The notes under the pieces: generated by a model
What the model was told of the DNA's origin: nothing
Database searches by the model: none
Seen by the model: only the letters and a program-made list of their open reading frames with translations
Assembly (NCBI RefSeq): GCF_000007145.1
Contig: NC_003902.1
Location: 370,325 to 402,324 of the forward strand
Source: Xanthomonas campestris pv. campestris str. ATCC 33913
Lineage (GTDB): Bacteria > Pseudomonadota > Gammaproteobacteria > Xanthomonadales > Xanthomonadaceae
Length of the DNA stretch: 32,000 nt
Direction of reading: 5' to 3'
Program-made: the position numbers and the translations under genes
Shown here: positions 26,315-32,000 of the stretch, piece after piece
Layout: each line of letters starts with the position of its first letter
Numbering within the stretch: the stretch's first letter is position 1

Positions 26315-28422
26315 GCAGCACCGCAACGCACGCACCCACCGCGCAGCTGGCCTCGGGCTACGCCAACCGGCTGGCGATCAAGGCCGACCGTCTCTTTCTC
26401 TGGCTCGCCACCTTACAGAGCGCTGGCTCGCTGGCGCTGGCCTGGTATCAGGGGCAGTGGACGCCCTTCCTGGCGGTCACGCTGCCCAGCCTGCTGCTGA
26501 TGCTGTGGCAGGCGCGCTTCAATCCCGGCACGCGGCTGACCAGTGTGACCACCGCGCTGGTGCTGATGGCCTTGGTGGCTGCCACCATCCAGCAGGCACA
26601 CGGGCTGGTGGAAATGCACTTCGGCGTCTTCGTGATCCTGGCGCTGCTGTTGTATTACCGCGACTGGCTGCCGGTGGTGGTAGCCGCCGCTGCGATTGCC
26701 GTGCACCACCTCGCGTTTTACTGGCTGCAGGCGCGTGGTCTGCCGGTGCAGGCCTTCAGTGCCGGCAGCGGGTTCGGCATCGTCGTGCTGCACGCCGGCT
26801 ACGTGATTGTGGAAACCGCCTTCGTCTGCGTCATGGCCGTGCAACTGCGACGCCAGCTGGACGCGCTGGACCACGAAGCAGAGGCGCTGGCGCAGCTTGC
26901 CGACACGCTGGCCAAGGGCGACGCCTTGCCGCCTGCCATCATGCAGCAGCACTTTCGTGCCGGTTCGCTGGCGCAGGCGCTGGTGCGCATGAGCGCGCAG
27001 GTGCAGGAACGCATCACCACGCAACAGCAGCTGCTGCAGGAAAACCGCCGGATTCGCCTGGCACTGGATGCCTCGGCCATGGCTGTGGCCATTGTCGACA
27101 CGCAGGGCGATGCGATCTACCGCAATCACTCCTTCGCACAATTGAGCGCGCGCAGCGATGCACACACCGTGCAGCAGGCGCTTGCCGAGGCCGCACAGCG
27201 GCGTGCTGTCGAAAGTGGCGCAGGTGCGCGCGCGCTGGGCGCACTGCAGCTGCAGGAGAGCGTCACGCCCGTGCACGATCACGACGGCACGCCACTGGGC
27301 GTGGTGGTGGAATGGCAGGACCGCACCCAGTCCTTGTTGCTCGAAGCGCAACTGACCACCGTGATTGCGCAAGCCACCCGCGGCGAGCTCGGCGCGCGGC
27401 TGCATGGGCATGCGCACGACAGCACCTTGGGCCAGCTGGCCGAAGGCATCAATCGCTTTCTCGCGGTTACCGAAGACAGCTTGCAGGACATGCGGCGCAT
27501 GCTGGCGGCACTGGCGCACGGCGACCTGTCGCAACGCATCGATCGCCCCTGCGAGGGCGTGTTCGACCACATGAAGCGCGATGCCAATGCCACGGCCGAT
27601 GCGCTTGCCCGCATCATCGTGCAGATCCGCAGTTCCAGCGGCGCCATCAATGCGGCCACCGGCCACATCCTGCACGGCAACGACGCACTGGAGCAGCAGG
27701 TGCGGCGCCAATCGATCACGCTGGGCGAGGCGGCGCAACAGATGCAGGCCGTGCTTGGCACCATGCAGCAGCACAGTGCGCAGGCAGCCGATGCCGATGT
27801 GCTGGCTGCCGCCGCATCGGAAGCGGCACGTGCAGGCGGCGACACCATGGGCAAGGCGATGGGCACCATGCAACAGATGGAAGCCGCCTCGCGGCGTATC
27901 CAGGACATCATCGCCGTCATCGATGGGTTGGCCTTCCAGACCAACATCCTGGCGCTCAACGCTGCCGTGGAAGCGGCGCGTGCAGGCGACGAAGGTCGTG
28001 GCTTTGCGGTGGTGGCCAGCGAAGTACGCGCGCTGGCACTACGCTCCTCCACCGCCGCCAGCCAGATCAAGGCGTTGATCGGCGAGTCGGTGGCGCACGT
28101 TGAAGCAGGTGTGCAGCAAGTACGCAGCGCTGGTGCCGGCATGCAGCACATCGTGACCACCATTGGCCAGGTGAGCAGCACGCTGAGCACGATTGCGGTC
28201 GCCTCCGAGCAAGAGGCCGGCAGCATCGCGCAGGTGCATCAGACCTTGAGTCGCGTGGATATCGACATGCGCGACGGCGTGCTACGCATGCAGGAGGCCA
28301 GCACCGCCGCGCGTGCCATGGGCGACCATGCCGCACAGCTGGAAGATGCAGTGAGCCTTTTTGTGGAAGACGCAGCGCCCACAGCGCAGAGTGCTGCAAG
28401 ACAGGCACGCCATGCCGCGTGA
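26311..28422 (+). CDS. methyl-accepting chemotaxis protein with 6-TM membrane-embedded N-terminal domain, PAS and HAMP
   Basis: ATG 26311 is in frame with ORF 25657..28422. Six predicted TM helices carry His residues ([32 protein letters not shown]). The PAS-like region is [29 protein letters not shown]...VVEWQDRT. The MA domain is [43 protein letters not shown]. Confidence 0.85.
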   Translation: MSSTATHAPTAQLASGYANRLAIKADRLFLWLATLQSAGSLALAWYQGQWTPFLAVTLPSLLLMLWQARFNPGTRLTSVTTALVLMALVAATIQQAHGLVEMHFGVFVILALLLYYRDWLPVVVAAAAIAVHHLAFYWLQARGLPVQAFSAGSGFGIVVLHAGYVIVETAFVCVMAVQLRRQLDALDHEAEALAQLADTLAKGDALPPAIMQQHFRAGSLAQALVRMSAQVQERITTQQQLLQENRRIRLALDASAMAVAIVDTQGDAIYRNHSFAQLSARSDAHTVQQALAEAAQRRAVESGAGARALGALQLQESVTPVHDHDGTPLGVVVEWQDRTQSLLLEAQLTTVIAQATRGELGARLHGHAHDSTLGQLAEGINRFLAVTEDSLQDMRRMLAALAHGDLSQRIDRPCEGVFDHMKRDANATADALARIIVQIRSSSGAINAATGHILHGNDALEQQVRRQSITLGEAAQQMQAVLGTMQQHSAQAADADVLAAAASEAARAGGDTMGKAMGTMQQMEAASRRIQDIIAVIDGLAFQTNILALNAAVEAARAGDEGRGFAVVASEVRALALRSSTAASQIKALIGESVAHVEAGVQQVRSAGAGMQHIVTTIGQVSSTLSTIAVASEQEAGSIAQVHQTLSRVDIDMRDGVLRMQEASTAARAMGDHAAQLEDAVSLFVEDAAPTAQSAARQARHAA

Positions 28423-28441
28423 GCAACGCTGTGGTGGTCTA

Positions 28442-28902
28442 TCACCAACGCGGCGTCACCCGGCAATACGCGGCGTAGGCGGGGCCAAACTGCGCCGCCA
28501 ATGCGCGCTCCTCCGGCAGGACCTGGAGCCGCGTGATTGCCAGCACGTAGGCACCCACCAGAACCAGGGCGGCGTCCTGCTGCAGCGACACGATCCAGCC
28601 GCCCAGCAGCAGCGCATGGCCGAGATACATCGGGTTGCGGGTGTAGCGATGCAGGCCGTGGTTACCAGCTGTGTTGCACGCTGCGGCGCGAGCGGGTTGA
28701 TCGTGGTCCCGGCGCTGGCAAATGTCAGCTTTGGAAGCACATTCAACGCGATGCCCCCGAGCACACAGGTGCCGGCCATCAACATCCGGCCCGGCAGCGG
28801 GAGCGCGATGCCCGGTAACAGCGCTGCCGTGCCGGCGGCGATCACGCCCAGCAGCACTAGCAGCACAGGCGGTGGAACGCGTGTTTCTAGCCGTTGCAGC
28901 AT
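28442..28902 (-). pseudogene. isoprenylcysteine carboxyl methyltransferase (ICMT)-family membrane methyltransferase with a -1 frameshift near 28654-28658
   Basis: The N-terminal 80 codons come from ORF 28456..28902 (...APQRATQLVTT). The C-terminus comes from the frame of ORF 28442..29350 (...GLHRYTRNPMYLGHALLLGGW...VLPEERALAAQFGPAYAAYCRVTPRW). Inserting one G in ACGGCCTGC to give ACG GGC CTG restores LVTTGLHRYTRNPMYLG, the family motif. Confidence 0.7.
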
Positions 28903-28986
28903 CCAGACGCTCTACCGTGCTCAGTGCCGCAGGGAAGCCGGCGGTGACATGCCTGCAATCTTGCGCGTCATCGCTCGGCCGAGGTA

Positions 28987-29364
28987 TCAACTGCCGGAGG
29001 CCGGCGTGCCCTTGCGTAATGCGCGCAGCTTGCCGGTGAACCAGGATTGGCTCGGTACCGCCGCTGCCCCGCCACATCGCACCTCGTACGGCTTGCCCGA
29101 CATGCTGCTCTTGGTCGCAGCAAGTTCGATAAAGGATTCGGTGCTGGTGACCAGGCCCTTCTTCTGCAGGTAGTCGTACTTGCGTTGCAAATGCTCGCTG
29201 GCCTTGGGCGCCGAATACCACGACCCGTTGCGCGAGAACTCGCAGTTGGAGTTCTTCAACGCTGCGAACAGTTGGTTGATCTCCCGTGTCGTGGCAGGAG
29301 CTACGCCCTGCGCAAACGCCGATCCCGACACCAGCAAGCAGATGAGCCACACTTTATTCTTCAT
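28987..29364 (-). CDS. DUF5329-like small secreted protein
   Basis: Start at ATG 29364 gives MKNKVWLICLLVSGSAFA (signal peptide). EINQLFAALKNSNCEFSRNGSWYSAPKASEHLQRKY...FIELAATKSSMSGKPYEV matches my memory of DUF5329. Confidence 0.6.
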   Translation of the reverse strand: MKNKVWLICLLVSGSAFAQGVAPATTREINQLFAALKNSNCEFSRNGSWYSAPKASEHLQRKYDYLQKKGLVTSTESFIELAATKSSMSGKPYEVRCGGAAAVPSQSWFTGKLRALRKGTPASGS

Positions 29365-29598
29365 CGTGAATCCATTCGCCAAGCGTTGTTTCGGAAGATG
29401 CGAAGCATAGGCCAGATCAGCAGTGCCAGTATCGCTTTGCAGCCGCTGCCGTGCAGCGGGATCTGGCGCGTGGACGGCTGAATGATTGCGTGCGCCCAGA
29501 GCCACGGCGTCGCATGGGCGAAGGCTCACAACACCCTGCAGCACTGCGCCTCGGCGCGACCGAAGCTTCGCCGCTCTGATGCGCCGCTCGACCGTTCT

Positions 29599-29985
29599 CT
29601 AGGCAGCGCGTTCGCGCAGCTGGGAGACATTGCCTTCCGGGTCAACGGCATTACAGGCAACGAAGCCAGGGCCGCGCCACTGCGCTGGCAGAATTTCGCC
29701 GCCAAGCGCAGCTGCAAGCTCGACGAGCTGCGCGATGCTCGGGACGGTGAAAAAGAACTTGAGCGCGGTGTTCTCACGCCGGTTGGGCGGATCGGCGATG
29801 GTGATGGAGGCGGCGATTGCCTCAGGTACGGCATGGATGACAAGTTGCAGCGCGGCTGCGTTCAGCACAACCAATTCCTTGCTGGAATGGATCGCCTGCA
29901 TACCCAGCACGCGCTGGTAAAAAGCCGCCACACGCTCAAGATCCTTGGCATAGATAAACAGGCCGGAGCTGGCAGCTTGTGACAT
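29599..29985 (-). CDS. VOC/glyoxalase-family protein
   Basis: 128 aa from ATG 29985. GLFIYAKDLERVAAFYQRVLGM...ALKFFFTV...FVACNAVDPEGNVSQL fits the paired beta-alpha-beta-beta-beta VOC fold pattern. Confidence 0.7.
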   Translation of the reverse strand: MSQAASSGLFIYAKDLERVAAFYQRVLGMQAIHSSKELVVLNAAALQLVIHAVPEAIAASITIADPPNRRENTALKFFFTVPSIAQLVELAAALGGEILPAQWRGPGFVACNAVDPEGNVSQLRERAA

Positions 29986-30052
29986 GGCATGACCTCGGGT
30001 CTGGTTGGCAGCGCCTAGTCTGCCCCAACAATGCTCCAGGCAAGAACTAAGA

Positions 30053-30190
30053 GCGGCTAACAAAACGTAGCGAGCAGCCGTCAGGTGGGTGCGGACGGCG
30101 CGGAGGAACCGCAGTGTACGGGGGTACATGCGGATTCCGAGCGCCGGCCGCGCCCGCCTGACGGCTGCGCAGCAGTTTTGACAGCTGCTC
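30053..30190. repeat. long imperfect palindrome (about 138 bp) in the spacer upstream of the VOC gene
   Basis: The 21-nt arms 30074-30094 and 30148-30168 pair completely if two T.G pairs are allowed. The interior folds further (CGGCGC/GCGCCG, GGAA/TTCC, CCGCA(G)TGTAC-GGGG-GTACATGCGG). The outer flanks GGCTAACAAAAC and GTTTTGACAGCT are partly complementary. Confidence 0.6.
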
Positions 30191-30199
30191 TGATTACCA

Positions 30200-30246
30200 G
30201 GCAAAGCTACGCAAAATTCAAGCCTCAGCCCGCTAATAGCTTTGCC
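30200..30246. repeat. hairpin with attC-right-half-like interior (possible decayed attC)
   Basis: GGCAAAGCTA (30200-30209) and TAGCTTTGCC (30237-30246) are complementary. On the minus strand the element (loop plus 3' stem arm) reads GCGGGctgaGGCTTgAATTttGCGTAGC. This is block-colinear with GCGGGtcGGCTTAATTcagGCGTTAGGC of the attC at 31763-31822. Confidence 0.3.
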
Positions 30247-30282
30247 TACCGCGACAGCAGAGACGCCGTAAGCAGATGCGGC

Positions 30283-31074
30283 TCAGGGATCGGCTGGCGT
30301 ATATCGCAGCAGATCGCTGCCGACAAAGTAGTTGCCGTAGTACTCGTTCTTTCGAAGGCCGGGGTGTGCTGCAAAGTCGATATAGGGCGCAGCGCAGTGT
30401 GGGCAGCGGAACGGATTCATATAGCGATAGGCCGACCCATCCGGTGCCAGCGGAAGCCGTTCTTCCAGTGCATGCAGCTGCTCGGGGTCCGGCTCTGTCA
30501 ATGCGGCCGGACTGCCGGCAATGTGGTCCTCCACCGTGATGGTGTACCTGCCGGATTCCGAGTAGAAATAGCCCGCGTTGCTGAAGCCGGCGTGGTAGGA
30601 ACGGATCAGGAAAGAACGTTTGCAGTGGTCGCATTCACAGGAAAGCAGTACGTTGCCGCCGGTGACTAGTCCACTGAAGTGCAGACCCCTGGCAAAAAGC
30701 CCCTTGCCTGCAAGTGCGGTACTGCTGACGCTGGCGCCCGGCAGGAAGAACGGCTGAAATCTGATCCCGTCTGCGTGCCCATTCGCAAACGCGTCTGGAT
30801 CGAGCTGCTCGGTCTGGGAAATGACACAGTCTGCCTGGCACCCCAGGTTGGGATGTACGCGAATGGAGAAGTGGAACCATCCTGTTGCAGCACCAAGTTC
30901 ATGCCGATGCACACCTCCCGCCGAGTCGGTAAATTCCAGGACGCTATCGGCTTTCAACCATGCGGAAGGCTTGATCTCACACGGGACATCACTCTGGCTA
31001 ATGCGACACAACTCCCGCCCATCGGCACGAACAATCAGTAATGGAGCGGCTTGCTTCTTGAAGATGGAGAACAT
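30283..31074 (-). CDS. hypothetical protein with a putative C-terminal zinc ribbon
   Basis: ATG 31074 is preceded by AAGGAA. 263 aa, with Cys clusters CECDHC and CPHC about 70 aa apart. No recognisable family. Confidence 0.6.
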   Translation of the reverse strand: MFSIFKKQAAPLLIVRADGRELCRISQSDVPCEIKPSAWLKADSVLEFTDSAGGVHRHELGAATGWFHFSIRVHPNLGCQADCVISQTEQLDPDAFANGHADGIRFQPFFLPGASVSSTALAGKGLFARGLHFSGLVTGGNVLLSCECDHCKRSFLIRSYHAGFSNAGYFYSESGRYTITVEDHIAGSPAALTEPDPEQLHALEERLPLAPDGSAYRYMNPFRCPHCAAPYIDFAAHPGLRKNEYYGNYFVGSDLLRYTPADP

Positions 31075-31139
31075 GCGTTCCTTGACGGTAATGCTGGAAT
31101 GACAGATTGGAGCGCTGGCGCGAGCGCAGCAGAACAATT

Positions 31140-31598
31140 TTAGCTCTTCAAAACGTCAGACGCCGCGCTTGCCCTCGACGTTTTCCTCTTGAAGGCCATA
31201 CCTACACTGGCAGGCGCAGTCAACGCAAAACCGAACTGCTGGTAGAGCTTATACGCCGCACCATCCGCAATCAGGCTGACATACGCAGACGCAGGTACTT
31301 CGCGTTCTATGTAGCTTGCGATCTCACCCATGACAGTCTTGCCCAGACCACGGCCCTGATGTGCTGGCAAAACCGCAATGTCCACCACCTGATAAAAACA
31401 GCCGCCATCGCCGATGACGCGCCCCATCGCTACCGGCTCGCCATCGCAAAGCACCTGCACGCTGAACAGCGAGTTGGGCAACCCGCGCTCGGCCGCTTCC
31501 AACGCTTTCGGGCTCAAGCCGCTTGCTTGGCGAAGATGACGATACGCTTCGATAGTCGGCGTTTGATGTACGACACGATACAGGGATGATGAGAGCAT
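31140..31598 (-). CDS. GNAT-family N-acetyltransferase
   Basis: 152 aa. The acetyl-CoA motif A is VLPAHQGRGLGKTVMGEI, followed by YKLYQQFGF (motif B). Confidence 0.85.
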   Translation of the reverse strand: MLSSSLYRVVHQTPTIEAYRHLRQASGLSPKALEAAERGLPNSLFSVQVLCDGEPVAMGRVIGDGGCFYQVVDIAVLPAHQGRGLGKTVMGEIASYIEREVPASAYVSLIADGAAYKLYQQFGFALTAPASVGMAFKRKTSRASAASDVLKS

Positions 31599-31610
31599 GA
31601 CGGGAGTGCT

Positions 31611-31757
31611 TTAGGGATGGTCTGAATTTGATGGTGTTGTTACCAGTTCTTGGAAAAGGCCAATGACCGTAGCAAGCTCTGGATTATTCAAGGGCGCCAT
31701 ATCACGCGCGGATGCGGTGAGTGGCAAGAGCAAAGGAAGTAGTACGAGAAGTCTCAT
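31611..31757 (-). CDS. possible 48-aa signal-peptide-bearing cassette ORF
   Basis: MRLLVLLPLLLPLTASARD.... The ATG lies 5 nt after the attC core site, and no Shine-Dalgarno sequence is visible. Speculative. Confidence 0.25.
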   Translation of the reverse strand: MRLLVLLPLLLPLTASARDMAPLNNPELATVIGLFQELVTTPSNSDHP

Positions 31758-31762
31758 CAGAG

Positions 31763-31822
31763 GCCTAACGCCTGAATTAAGCCGACCCGCGAAGCGGGTT
31801 CGGCTTGAATGAATTGTTAGGC
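31763..31822 (-). mobile_element. integron attC (59-base element) recombination site
   Basis: The minus strand reads GCCTAACAATTCATTCAAGCCGAACCCGCTTCGCGGGTCGGCTTAATTCAGGCGTTAGGC. The inverse core RYYYAAC and the core GTTRRRY sit at the two ends. The internal imperfect dyad has one unpaired A. The length is 60 nt. Confidence 0.8.
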
Positions 31823-32000
31823 ACTGCCGACACCTACAACAACGCCGATTGCCGGTGTGGTTAGGAACCAGACACCTGGCAGCCAGACGAGCTTGCGTGC
31901 CCGAAGCCACAGCGGTTTGAGGTGGGGCGGGATAGTAGACGACGGCTGTGTGATCCAGCTCAGCTCACAAAAATTGTTGTGGTAGCCAGGACCAAGACCA

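Noticed and set aside
28442-29350. 302-aa minus ORF treated as one gene
   Set aside because: Only its last roughly 73 codons are ICMT-like. The rest overlaps the DUF5329 gene and the true ICMT N-terminus in other frames. It is better explained as a frameshifted 153-aa gene.

Overview
High-GC (about 65-70% in spot counts) gammaproteobacterial chromosome segment. The gene content (TonB-dependent receptor, XVIPCD-like protein, OprO/P porin, aadA-type attC site) fits a Xanthomonas-like genome best; that assignment is inference only. I support about 26 protein-coding genes, two of them apparently inactivated, and no rRNA, tRNA or CRISPR. From left to right: a truncated MFS transporter; a TonB-dependent receptor broken by one in-frame TGA, followed by a secreted S1/P1-nuclease-like protein; a housekeeping block (class II sirtuin, Old-Yellow-Enzyme flavin oxidoreductase, HIBADH-like dehydrogenase, small XVIPCD-like protein, purU, AraC regulator and SDR); a 615-bp AT-richer non-coding gap holding a 102-bp nested palindrome; and a large secreted alpha/beta-hydrolase. 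The centre holds the most interesting locus: MetF-like reductase, MetR, an NAD(P)H-FMN reductase, a DUF1852 protein and a short core-MetE methionine synthase (MesD-type). DUF1852 and mesD overlap by 8 bp and are compositionally distinct from their flanks. Next comes a low-GC (about 50-55%) islet with a solitary Abi_2-type abortive-infection gene. After it: an OprO/P porin with a Pho-box-like promoter, an NmrA/HxlR divergent pair, and a Cys-rich exported protein translationally coupled to a 6-TM/PAS/HAMP chemoreceptor. The right end (about 28.4-32 kb) is a run of small minus-strand accessory genes: frameshifted ICMT-like methyltransferase, DUF5329, VOC/glyoxalase, an unknown Zn-ribbon protein and a GNAT. 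A canonical 60-bp integron attC site (31763-31822) precedes this run, so I read it as a partly decayed chromosomal integron cassette array. Many long ORFs in the six-frame track are antisense artefacts of high GC and were rejected.
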